Below, piece after piece: positions 11,573-22,269 of a DNA stretch of 64,000 bases. Numbering within the stretch: the first letter of the stretch is position 1; the number at the start of each line of letters is the position of its first letter. Origin of the DNA: an uncultured Chloroflexia bacterium (lineage in GTDB: Bacteria > Chloroflexota > Limnocylindria > Limnocylindrales > CSP1-4); contig CAVOVX010000007.1 in the NCBI GenBank assembly GCA_963699965.1, positions 544,549 through 608,548 of the forward strand. The letters are read 5' to 3'. The position numbers and the translations under genes are program-made. The notes below the pieces were generated by a model that saw nothing but the letters and a program-made list of their open reading frames with translations, ran no database searches and was not told the DNA's origin.

Positions 11573-12912
11573 TCAGGCCGGGTTCGTGTTGGGTGCGGTC
11601 TGAGGTCCGAGGGTTCCCGTCGGGAAGACGTGGATCTCGGTCATCTGACCCCCGGGACCAGCCTCGCCCGGGTTGTGGAGGTAGGCGAGGTTGCGGTTGT
11701 AGAGGAGGATACGTCGTCTCGCTGCCAACGTCCGGCGCCGTGAACGATCGCGTCGACGCTCTCGCCCGGACCGATGTAGACGGTGTTGGTCAGGTAGCTC
11801 AGGTCCGTTCCATCGCGGCCGTTGAGGTAGGTCGCGTCCTTGCCGACGACCCGCATGGTCGAGGCCGTCGATCGTCATCGCGTGCTGCTGGAAGCCCAGG
11901 TTGACGAAGCGAAGGAGGACACGGTCCCCGCTGTTCGCGTGGACCAGCGACGAGATCGGCTTGTACTGGAGTTCGTCGTGGCCGGCAGGGGCAATGAGGT
12001 CGCCGCCCGGATCCGTACCACCGCCCGGCCCGACTAGGGTGTCCGGCTAGGAGCGCCCGTTGAGGAACCACAGGTCGGGGTCGTAATCCGTCCAGTCGTG
12101 CTCCTGGATGTGGGCGCCCTCGTAGTGCTCCTGCGCCCAGCCCTCGCTGAGGAACATGCCCCACTCGCGGTCGTAGGCGGTCGAGCGCGGGGAGGATGGC
12201 GCCACGCCGTCGTTGTAGACGTACTTGCCGGCCGGGATCGAACCGCCGCCGGCGTTCTGGGCCGGCCGGACGAAGATGATCCCGGTCATGCCCATGGACA
12301 CGTGCTCGATGTCCTCGAAGTGGCAGTGGTACATGTACGTGCCGGGGTCGTGCGGTCGGTAGAAGTACGTGAAGTTCGCGCCCGAGCGGGACGGCGACCG
12401 ACATCTCCGGGACGCCGTCGAACAACGGAAGCGCGTTGCCGGAAGCCGTGCCAGTGGATCGTGTGGGAGTCGGTCAGATCCGGTCGGACCGACAGGCCCA
12501 GGTTCGTCAGGTTGATCTGGACGTCATTGGCCAGGGCCGGCTCGTACTCGTCGACCCACAGCTGGGGCGCCGACGCCTGGAACTTCCCGCGCTGGGCCTG
12601 GACCTGGGTCGGCGTAAGACCGCTGACGTTCCGGAACCCGAAGCCCCACATCGTGAACGGAGGCGGAGCGAGGGGATCCGGCAGGAACGGCGCTCCCGGA
12701 GTCGGCCCGGCGACGCTGCCGCGAGCGAAGGTGAAACCGTCGGTTGCGGCGAGCGAGATGTGCTGGGTACCTGCGGCGGCGACCCGCGGAGCGGAGACGC
12801 CGGTTGGCAGGCCACGGAGGAGAGTGGCCCCGGCTGCCCCCGCCGCCGCGAGTCCGGTGAGCTTCATGAACGTCCGACGGTCGAAGCGCCGATCGAGCAT
12901 TCGCATGGTCAT
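11573..12912 (-). CDS. Tat-secreted multicopper oxidase (CopA/CueO-like), frameshifted at least 3 times
   Basis: RBS GGAGACG then ATG. Twin-arginine signal MTMRMLDRRFDRRTFMKLTGLAAAGAAGA. 'HTIHWHGF' and, after my manual re-framing, '…FTYFYRPHDPGTYMYHCHFEDIEHVSMGMTGIIFVRP' (HxH motif 2). Two frame changes occur within 40 codons at C/G runs. Confidence 0.6.
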
Positions 12913-12964
12913 CGTGGTCGTCTCCGGGTTGTGTGGGGTGTGGTGGTTCGATCGCATCTCGCCC

Positions 12965-15900
12965 TCACTTCCCGATGTAGGTGTTGCGGGTCGACATGAA
13001 CCCGTCGAAGAAGAGGGTTCCTCGGCTGGCCTTCGGCACCGACCCGACGAGCCCGAGTCGGACCCGGTCGAGCCGGAGACCCCTGGTATTGCCGGTGACC
13101 GCGTTCTTGCCCTTCCCGTCGAGGTAGAGCCGGAGGTAGCCGGTCGAGCTCGCCTTCCAGGAGATCTCGATCGCGGTGGCTCCGTTCCGGATCCGATACC
13201 AGGCCGAGCTTCGCTGTTGGCCATTGCGGAGCGTCAGGACCGCGCGGACCTGGTACTTGCCGTCGTGGCGTCGGTACTGGACCTGGAACAGGGACCTTCC
13301 TGTGGCCGGCTTGCCGACGAAGATCGTCTGCTGGCCGCTGCCCGTCCTGGCGCCATTCGGATCGAAGTAGAACCGGGCGTGATAGGTCGACTCGGCGCTC
13401 GGACTCGCGTCGGTCACGCCGGCCTCTCGGCGTCCGACGACCTTCACCGACATCCCCTGCGTCCCGAGCAAGGCCGCCGCCGGGTTGAGCTTCGCCTGGC
13501 TGGCTACCGCGACTGATGTCCACGGTGGGACGAGCGTCGGGCCCTCGAAGTCAGACTCGAGGAGGACCAGCGGCACGGTGTGATCGACCGCGATCGTGAT
13601 GGTCGCGACCGGTCCCCAGTTGCCGGCTGACTCCTGGGCGCGGAGGTTGACGAGGTGATCGCCCGCGCTCCATGCCGAGGTGTCGATCGTGGCGCTCGCC
13701 GAGGCCGTTGGGCTCCCAAACGTCCCGCTCAGGGGCGTTCCGGCGCCGGCGCCCGGGTCGGGGGCCTCGAACCACTCGACTGCACTGATGTTCGAGCCAC
13801 CGGTTGATACGTCGCTGGCGTCTGCGCCGAGACTCGTCGAGGCATTCGCCGGGTTCGGCGTAGCGAGCAAGTTGCTGACCATCGGACCGAGGAGATCGGA
13901 CACCGGGCCGGGCTGTTCGTCCGCTCCGACATCGAACGCGGTGCCGGTCGGTCGGCCGGCGGTGTCGATGTCGACCGTCGGCGCGTTCGTGCCGCTCTTG
14001 GTCGAGGCACCCGCGTCGACCGCCGGCGAGCCGGACGTGACGTGGTAGTCGCCCATCAGCGACGGCGGCAGATCCGCCGAGACGATCAGGTTGTAGATGA
14101 ACGCTGCACCCGCCCGCCAGGGCAGGAAGTCGACCGACACCGCGTAGGAGTCATCGACGATCACCGGGTTGGCCCCGATCTGGTTCGACGCGTCGGGCGC
14201 GATGACAGAGTTGGTGTTCTCGTTGAGGACCGAGTTCGTCGGATGGAGCGGGCCCAGGGCATCGACGACGCCCATGTCCCACAGGGTGATGTCACCAGGC
14301 CCGGCGGTGCCGAGACCATCGACGCGGAACGTGTTGCCGTCGATGACCCGGTTGCCCGCCCGGTTGTCCCAGAAGATGTTGTTGAACATCAGCGGGTCGC
14401 CGTACTCTGCGTGCCCGGGCGACAGCTCGGCCTGGAGCAGGACGCTGTTGCCGGAGTCGGACAGCCCCGCCGGGGCGGCTGGGGCCGGCCCGTTCGCCAC
14501 CCCGGCCGTCTGGGCCGTCGCCGTGGTCAGGTTCTTCATCACCGTGTTGTTGAAGAACCTGAGGTTCGTGGTGTCGTCGAGCGCGACGCCGCCACCCTCA
14601 TGGGCCGCAACGTTGTTCGCGATGATGTTGTTGTAGGCGTTGATCTGGTGGTCGCCGGCCATCAGGAACCGCAGGCCGCCGCCGTCGTCGTCGGACAGGT
14701 TGCCCTGGACCACGTTGTTGAAGATGTCGACCCTGCCCGAGCCTGGGGACAGGAGGTTGACGTCCGCTTGGGCCTCGCCGGCGACGATGATCCCGCCGCC
14801 CTCGTCGTAGGCACGGTTGAACCAGATCCGGTTGTCGTGGATCGAGCTGGTCGGATGGGCCGCGGTCGGGTTACTCAGGCCGTAATGGCTGAGGCCGCCG
14901 CCGTACTCGGCCGAGAAGTTGCCGCAGATGTCGTTGTGGTCGACCTCGTAGCCGTTCGTGCCGTCAAACAGGCCGACTCCGCCAGCCAGGTTCGATCCGC
15001 CGTTGGCCACGATCCGGTTGTGGGCGATCCGGAGGTTGTCGTTGTGCTGGTTGCCGACGTTCGGGGTGCCGACCCGGATGGCCGAGCCGTAGGCGCCACC
15101 GTTGCTCACGAGCACGTCGTTGGTGATCTGAAGGTCCCGGGCGTAGGCGTTGACGAAGATGCCTCCGCCCTGGACCGGATAGAACGGCTGGTTGCTCGGG
15201 TAGCCGAATTCGTCACCGTTCTTGATCGTCAGGCCGTCAATCGACGCCTTGAACGACGACCCGAACTCACCGTCTCGAGCGAGAACGTAGACGACCTGGC
15301 CCTCGTAGATGGCCTGATTGCCGTCCCAGCCAAGGCCGGACTGGAGGTTCTCGACCCGGTCCTGCCAGGCCGCGAAGTTCGTGGTCGCGAAACCCAGACC
15401 GTTGAGGATCGAGCCGAGCACGTAGCTGCCATCCGAGCGAACGCCGCCGGGGCCGACGCCCTGGAGCTTTACCGGTGCGTGGATGACGACGCTCTCGTAG
15501 AAGTCGCCGAGCGGTGTGAACTGGCCGGGCGTATTCGGGTAGACCACGACCACGCCGTTGTTGCCGACGGAGGCATCGATCGCGGCCTGGACGGTCGGGT
15601 AGGCGTGGCCCGGCCCGACTTCGTAGATCGGCGGGTTGTAGCCAATGCCGGTGACGTGGTAGGTCAGGCCGTTGATCGTCGACAGGCCGCTGTCGGCGGT
15701 GATCGAGAGCTGGTGCGGCCCGACCGGGACGCCGGACACGGTGGCGTGAATTCGCGGTCGCTCCACGAGTCAATCGTGATCGCGGTCCCGTCGAGGTCGA
15801 CGCTGCCGCCGCCCTGGCTGGCGCCGAACTGGTCGCCCTGGATGACGATGCTTGCGCCGGACGCGCCATACGGCGTATCGACGGCGAAGAGGACCGGACG

Positions 15901-18900
15901 GTTCGTCTCGACCTTGCACTCCGACGGATGGGTCGTCTGCTCGCCCGGAACCTCGATGACCGGAGCCGTCGGCATGAGGGCGACATCGGCCAGCAGGGTC
16001 AGACCCGGCCAGAGCTGCCAGTCGGACTCGAGCGTCCGGTACTGAGGCTGGTAGTCCGGGTTGGGCTGGCCGGGGGTTCCTGGGTCGTTGCCGACCAGGC
16101 GGTACACGCCAGGGCAGGGACCGGCCGGCAGCGGGCAGTTGTAGCTCGCGGTCGAGGGGAGGAGGACCTCGAAGAAGCCGTTCGGGTCCGAGTGCATCGT
16201 CGTGACCAGATGGCCCGCGTAGTCGTAGATGCCGATCGGCGCGTTCGGGACGCCGGCCTTCTCGCCGAAGTAGAACTCCTTCGGGTTCGTCCCCAGTGCG
16301 AGGTCCTCGACGACGGCGCCGTAGAGCCGACCCGGGGGCGGAACGGAGGCGAAGAAGAAGAAGCTCGGGGCGATCGACTTGCCGTTCTGGACCGGGACGA
16401 GCCGGGTGTCGCAGAGCGGCTTGCTCAGCCCTTCGTACGGGCTACCGCCGCCGTCGGCGAAGCCGGGGTTGTCGGTCGCGTCCGAACCGTCGACGCCCGA
16501 ACCGGCCACGTCGACGACGTGGAGTGCGCCGGCGCACGGCGGGGGCGGAACCTGCGGCGTGAACTGGTTACCGTCGAAGACGTTGACGTCCTCTTCGCGG
16601 ACGATCTGGAACTTCGGCTTGCCGAAGGCGTCATCCGGGCCCACGACCTCGACCAGGTAGTCGGCCGGAGTAAGGGCTTCGAAGTCGGCTCCATTGCAGA
16701 CGGGAGCGGACGGATCGGTGTCGTCGATGGTCCCGTTGAAGCAGCCGTCGCCGAAGCCGTAGTTGCCGTTGACGAGCGTGAACTCGGAATCGGCCCCACC
16801 CGGGGTCGTGTCCTCGGTCGGGCCCGTCTTGATCTGGTTGCCCATGAGCGGCGACTCGATGCACTGGTGACCGCCGGTCGTATCCGCCATGAACGGGAAG
16901 TCGATCTCGGCACCGACGCCGCCCTCGGACGGCGGCGCGCCGCGAGCGATGCAGTCCGTCGGACGGACGAACTCCTCGGTGATATAGGTGTTGAGGAGGT
17001 GGCCGTGGGCGTATGACCCGTCCGGAGCGAGCTCGTAGTGGTTGGCGGCATCGCACGGCGTGCCGCTGTTCGTCCCGCATGGAACGGGCAGGTACAAGTT
17101 GACCCGCATGCCGGGGATGCCGGGCTCGTAGTCCTCAGCCGCAGCCAGTCGCGGATCGAGCTCGTTGCGAGTGACCGCGTAGACGACCTCGCCGACGATG
17201 CCGCCGTTCGTGCCCGGGTCGTACGGGATGACGCCCCAGTCGACCCGCGACTTGAGGCCGTCCTGGTTGAGGACGGACAGGTCGACGCCGGCGCCGAGGC
17301 GGGTGGTCTCCGGACCGTTGTCGGCCTTGTAGGTGACGCCGGTCGTCATGAACAGGTCGTTGTAGGCCTCGAGGACCGTGAAGTAGCCGTACGGGTAGAC
17401 CTGCTCGAAGAGATAGTGGCCCTTCGAATCGGTCGTCGCGGTCTTGCTGCCGGCGTCCACGATGGCGTTGTCGCGCGACTTGAGCGCGACGCCGAAGCCG
17501 GCCAGGCCGGGCTCTCCGGCGTCCTGCCTGCCGTTGCGGTTCGTGTCGACGAAGACGGTCCCCTCGACCTTGCTGAACCAGTGCGACAACGCGAAGTCGC
17601 CGATGTCGACGACCTCGTTGTCGCCGACCACGGCGGTCGTGATCCCGAGCAGCAGGTTCTGCGCCTCGTCCCACATCGAGATCGAGTACGTGCTCGGCGG
17701 CACGTTCGGGATGTCGAAGACGCCATTTGTCGACCGAACGGCGTAGACGAGCAGCTCGTCGCCGCCCCGCTGCAGGTCGTTGAGGGCGATCCAGGCGTTA
17801 TGGACGGGGCCCTCGTCGGTGTCGCCGCCGGCCGGCGGCAGGTAGGACTTCGTCGAGCGGACAGCTCCCTTGATCTCGCCGCAGTTCGATCCGCACGGGA
17901 AGAGGAACGTGCTCCTTGGCTTGACGTAGCCGATGGCCGCGACGGCGACCGGGCCGCCGTTGACGATGAGCTCCGTGTCGTTGCCCGAGTACCCCTCGAA
18001 GAGCCAGGTATCCCAGTCATGGCCACCTTCGAGCGTGCTCGTCTGGATCCACGACTCACCGTCCGGTGGGACGACCTGCACGCTGTAGCAATTCGTGCCC
18101 AGGTTGGGGATCGTGATGACCCCATCGGGATCGGCAATGCACTCGCCGCCGGTCCCCGGGATGTAGACGAACTCGCCGGCCGAGTCGACGCCATAGTTCG
18201 ACGTGTTGCCGTTCGGGTCGACGCTGAGCGGCGGCTCGCCGCCGGGGCCATCGGGGTCGTCACCGACCTTGTAGTAGTCGGCGCACAGCGGGTTGCCGAA
18301 CCAGTCGGTGGTGACCTCGCCGAGGACGTCGGCGATGTGGGCCTTGAAGTGGTGGGTTGGACCCGCGGTGACCGGCGCATGCTCGCCCGGCGGGTCGAAC
18401 TGGCCGTTCGTCAGCGTGTCGTCGAAGATCTGGACGCGCAGCCGCCCGAGCTGGAGTGGCTCGGGAGTGAGCTGGACGACGAGCGGGCCGGCATCGTCGA
18501 TCTGCATCGCGAAGTGCCTGCCGCCGATCTTGAAGCCGGGCGCCAGGATCGAGATGAGGTACTTGCCGTTGGGGAGGTCGATCCCGGTCGTCCCGTTGAG
18601 CTCGGTCTGATCGCCCTGGGTGACCAGGTTGTCGACTCCGCCGGCGCCGCCGGTGAAGTTGTGGACCGACGGCCAGTCGCAGCCGTCCGGGTAATTCACG
18701 TTGGTCGCGGGGAAGCAGTCGGCCGCGGCCTGGTTGGGCTTCCCCGTGTCATCGACGTCGATCCGCCAGCGATATGGGCTGACCGCGCTCGAGTCGTCGA
18801 TGTTCACGACGCTCAGCGTCAGCGTGCTCGTCAGAGCCTGGGGAGCAGCAGCCGTGGCGTCATTCGACGGGCGCGCGGAAGCGAGGACGAAGCCGGAAGG

Positions 18901-19017
18901 CACGAGGGCACTGACGATGAGTCCGAGCAGGCTGATGAAGACGAATCCCTTGTACAAGCCGGACCGGCGGCCGGACGGATGCCCTGCCGCACCGTGAGTG
19001 CTCGAGTGCCCACTCAT
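12965..19017 (-). CDS. giant (~2,000-aa) secreted protein with SdrD-B/Cna-B-like repeats, right-handed beta-helix, Ig-like domain and shared C-terminal cassette; one frameshift near 15745
   Basis: RBS GGGAGGGAG then ATG at 19017. N-terminal anchor GFVFISLLGLIVSALV. 'VFVDTNRNGRQDAGEPGLAGFGVAL…TDSKGHYLF' is SdrD-B-like. PbH1-like 'NNIIANNVAAHEGGGVALDD…NNTVMKN' repeats. ORFs 15664-19218 and 12965-15766 read continuously ('…TAITIDSWSDREF|ATVSGVPVGPHQLSI…') if one base is adjusted. Confidence 0.65.
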
Positions 19018-19523
19018 CGGGATCGCTCCCTCCCTGGTCATCCGAATTCCTGAACGTCGGTTGTGCGCTGGTTCGGGTTGCTCGACGTAGCGGTCGCGGC
19101 CGGGGATCGATGCCGAGACGATGGGGAACGTCGGTGCCCCACTCGCCTTTTCGGCACGCCCCGGACATCGCTCGCCCGGCCGGATCGAATCGTCGTGGCC
19201 GCCGACCGCCGGCACCATCCGGTCGGGGGTACGAATGGCCCGGGGTGTTCACCCGGCTCCGACCCGGCAGAGTCCCGAACTTGAATTGGGGACGACCTGA
19301 CGCCGGTGTCGCCGGGCACCACCCGCCGATCGGAAGCACCAATCGATCGGGGTACCGATTTCTGGAGGCCCGACAGGACGAATGACCCGCCTCGAAATGG
19401 CACAGGCCCGACCGACCGAGGTACAATCCCGGGACCGTCGGTGCCACGCCCGCCAGGAGGTCGAATGAACCCTCCTGTGGCGACAAGCCAGCCGCACCAT
19501 CCCCAGCGCGGGGGAACTACGCG

Positions 19524-20246
19524 ATGCGCCTGAGCGGACGGACCGTCCTCGTGATCGGCGCCTTCCTCGGTCTGCTCGTGGTCTTTGCGACCGATCAGAT
19601 CGTGCCGGCAGCCAGCCAGTACCAGGCCCAGATGCGCCTGTGGTTCGCCGGCCGGGCGACGGGCGTGACCGCCTACGTCCTGCTGACTCTCCTGGTCGTC
19701 CTGGGGCTGATCCTCAGCCACCCCGTGAACCAGTCGACCTGGAAGCTGTCGAAGCGGCTGTTCCCGTGGCACGAGAACCTGTTCGTGTTCGTCGTGGCCT
19801 TTCTCGCCGCGCACATCGTCAGCCTCGTCCTCGACCCCTACGCGGGAGTCGGGATCCAAGGCACATTCGTGCCGGGTCTGTCGAGCTACCGGTCGGTGCC
19901 GGTCGCGCTCGGGAGCCTCGCGATGTACGCCCTGTTGCTGACCGGCCTCACCGCCCGCTACACCAAGCTCCTGCCGACCGGCTGGTGGCTCAAGCTCCAC
20001 CGGCTGTCGCTTGGGGTCTTCATCCTCGCCTGGACCCACGGGATCCTGGCCGGGACCGACTCGGACGCCTTCCGCCCGCTCTACATCGCGACCGGCCTGG
20101 CGGTCCTCGGCGCCGCCGCCTACCGCTACTGGGTGGCAAAGCGACGCCGCCCAACCTTCTCGACGAGCCTGCCCGAGGCAGCCACGCCGTCCGCAGCCGC
20201 ACCGCTCGCCGCCCGACCGGTGCCCCAGGAGGAGCCCAGCCGATGA
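19524..20246 (+). CDS. ferric-reductase-domain / MsrQ(YedZ)-like di-heme membrane protein
   Basis: Six predicted TM helices with His in the membrane (LILSHP, AAHIVSL, LKLHRLSLGVFILAWTHG with H-x13-H spacing). Transcribed divergently from the secreted-protein block. Confidence 0.5.
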   Translation: MRLSGRTVLVIGAFLGLLVVFATDQIVPAASQYQAQMRLWFAGRATGVTAYVLLTLLVVLGLILSHPVNQSTWKLSKRLFPWHENLFVFVVAFLAAHIVSLVLDPYAGVGIQGTFVPGLSSYRSVPVALGSLAMYALLLTGLTARYTKLLPTGWWLKLHRLSLGVFILAWTHGILAGTDSDAFRPLYIATGLAVLGAAAYRYWVAKRRRPTFSTSLPEAATPSAAAPLAARPVPQEEPSR

Positions 20247-21040
20247 GACTCCATATCCGTCGTGCGTTCGTGATCGCCGGTGTCGTGGTCAGCCTCGTCG
20301 TCGGCTTGGCGTCGATCCAGGTCGCTGCGGCCCTGACGGCGGCTGCTGCACCGCCGCCGCCGCCACCCGTGTCCCTCGACTCGCTCCAGGCCGCGCTTGC
20401 CCAGGAGCAGGCCAGGGGCGCCGAGCTGCAGGCGCAGCTGGGCTAGCTCAACGACCTCACGGGGGCGCTGTCGATCGCTCTCGCCGACACCAAGGATCAG
20501 GTCGGCACGGAGGGCCTCAGCGCGAAGCAGCTCGCTGCGCGACTGAATGCGGCGCAGGCCAAGCTGTCCGACCTGAAGTCCCTCCTCGCCAAGGCTCAGG
20601 CTCGACTGCTGGCGCTCCAGAAGGAGACCGGCAAGGCATCATCAGGCGGTGGCGGAGGCGGCGGCGGAGGCGGCGGGAGCTCCGGCGGGAGCTCCGGCGG
20701 GAGCGGGGGAGGTGGCGGAGGCGGCGGCGGGGGAGGAGGCGGCCCGATGACCCTGGCCCTCGACCTCACCTCGGGCGACGTCCGAGTCGATTGGTCGGCC
20801 TGCGACGTGTCGAACTTCGCGGGCTACGCGGTGATCCGTTCGACCACCCACGAGACGCATTTCCCGCCCGAGGACCACAACACCGAAGTCGCCCGGGTGA
20901 GCTCGGCATCCACGACGGTCGTGACCGACAACTCGCCGCCCTCCGGCACGCTCGCGTACACGGTGTACTGCCTGGCGAGGAATGGCGGCGAGCTCAAGTC
21001 GGCCCAGAAGACCCCCACTCGGTCGATCTCGGTGCCGTGA
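20243..21040 (+). CDS. membrane-anchored coiled-coil protein with an in-frame TAG at 20444-20446
   Basis: ATGA overlap with the upstream stop. TM helix (AFVIAGVVVSLVVGLASIQVAAAL), PPPPPP linker, coiled coil that reads '…GAELQAQLG*LNDLTGALSIALADTKDQ…' straight through the amber codon in the same frame. Gly/Ser linker. ~95-aa C-terminal beta domain. Stop TGA overlaps the next ATG (TGATG). Confidence 0.45.
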
Positions 21041-21555
21041 TGAACGAACAGCGCAACGATCCACCCAAGCCCGTTCAGAAGCCGGCCAGCGAGCCTCGCC
21101 GGCCATACCATGTTGGCGTCGCGATCGGCCTCAGCGCCGGGGTCTATGCGACGTCGCTCGCCGCCGTCACCGTCCTCCAGATGGATCAGGACCGAGCACT
21201 CGCCACCGACCGTCAGCCGGTCGGCGACGCGATCTCGCTCCTGGCCGATCATCACGATGCGATGGAGGCCGACATCGCCGCCGCCAGGTCGGTCTACGAG
21301 GAGGCGTCCGAGCGCTACGGCCTCGTCGTCGGCGACATCGGAGACCTGCACGCTTCGGTCAAACGCCTCGGACGGACGATCGCCCGGATCGAGGGCTCCT
21401 CGTCGTCGCTGTCATTGCCCGGTCTGATCAGGCTGCCGACGGTGGGCAGGTCGTCGTCGAACTCATCGAGCTCGAAGAGCTCTTCGAGCTCGGCGTCGAA
21501 GCCGGCGCCCCCGCCGCCTTCAAACGGGAGCTCGGGAGCGTCCGGCAAGCCCTAG
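21040..21555 (+). CDS. hypothetical single-pass membrane protein with Ser-rich C-terminal tail
   Basis: TGATG translational-coupling overlap. TM helix YHVGVAIGLSAGVYATSLAAVTVL. C-terminal SSSNSSSSKSSSSSAS low-complexity region. Confidence 0.45.
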   Translation: MNEQRNDPPKPVQKPASEPRRPYHVGVAIGLSAGVYATSLAAVTVLQMDQDRALATDRQPVGDAISLLADHHDAMEADIAAARSVYEEASERYGLVVGDIGDLHASVKRLGRTIARIEGSSSSLSLPGLIRLPTVGRSSSNSSSSKSSSSSASKPAPPPPSNGSSGASGKP

Positions 21556-21609
21556 GCGCGGGCGCGCTGGCGTCTCCGGCCCGAGGATGGGATTCGACTC
21601 GAATCGAAC

Positions 21610-22269
21610 CTACCTGTCGACCGAAACGAGACCCATCCGCACGGCGTACTTGACGATCCCCGTTACGTCGTGGATCTGGAGACGCGCCATCAGTTGCGCC
21701 CGGTGTGTCTCGACGGTCTTTGACGACAGGTCGAGGATCCGGGCGATCTCGGCGTTGGTGTGTCCCTCGGCGATCAGCTGGACAATCTCGAGCTGGCGCG
21801 GCGTAAGGGGATCGAAGCCGTTCGGCTCACGGGCATGACCGCGCACGTAATCGTTGACGACGTGGCGTGAGACACCGGGACTCAGGTAGGAACCACCGCG
21901 CGCCACGGATCGGATCGCCAGCTCGAGCTCGGCCTGGTCCGCGTCCTTGAGGAGGTAGCCGGCGGCGCCGGCCTGGAGCGCCTGGCGCAGGTACTCCTCG
22001 TTGTCGTGCATCGACAGCATGATCACGCGAACGTGCGGGAATTCGGCCGAGACCTGGCCGACCGCGTTAAGCCCGTTAAGGTCGGGCATCGTGATGTCCA
22101 TCAGGACGACGTCGGGGAGAAGCTCCCCGATGACCGTCATGGCCTGGCGCCCGTTCGCGGCTTCGCCGACGATCTCCATGCCCGGCAGGTCACGAATGAG
22201 GCTCCGGAACCCGGCTCGGACGAGCTCGTGGTCCTCGACCAGGACGATCCGGATCGGGGCGCCGATCAT
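21610..22269 (-). CDS. two-component response regulator, NarL/FixJ (LuxR HTH) family
   Basis: REC domain (IVLVEDHELVRAG…VVLMDITMPDLNG) plus LuxR-type HTH (LTPRQLEIVQLIAEGHTNAEIARIL). Intact 219 aa. Confidence 0.85.
   Translation of the reverse strand: MIGAPIRIVLVEDHELVRAGFRSLIRDLPGMEIVGEAANGRQAMTVIGELLPDVVLMDITMPDLNGLNAVGQVSAEFPHVRVIMLSMHDNEEYLRQALQAGAAGYLLKDADQAELELAIRSVARGGSYLSPGVSRHVVNDYVRGHAREPNGFDPLTPRQLEIVQLIAEGHTNAEIARILDLSSKTVETHRAQLMARLQIHDVTGIVKYAVRMGLVSVDR

Noticed and set aside
14042-16045. 667-aa plus-strand ORF (also 17038-19053 plus-strand 671 aa, 8205-9746 plus-strand 513 aa, 12098-13516 plus-strand 472 aa)
   Set aside because: All are antisense to large minus-strand genes with strong domain signatures. 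Their D/R/V/G-rich composition is typical of the GC-rich antisense frame.
19021-19523. About 500-bp divergent intergenic region as a possible riboswitch or sRNA
   Set aside because: I could not recognise any known riboswitch consensus by eye. It likely holds divergent promoters, but no specific element can be supported without a covariance-model search.
20444-20446. TAG as a pyrrolysine codon
   Set aside because: No pylT/pylS/pylBCD genes are present in the window. The GC content and gene content are unlike known Pyl-decoding bacteria. It is kept only as a low-probability note under the in-frame-stop finding.
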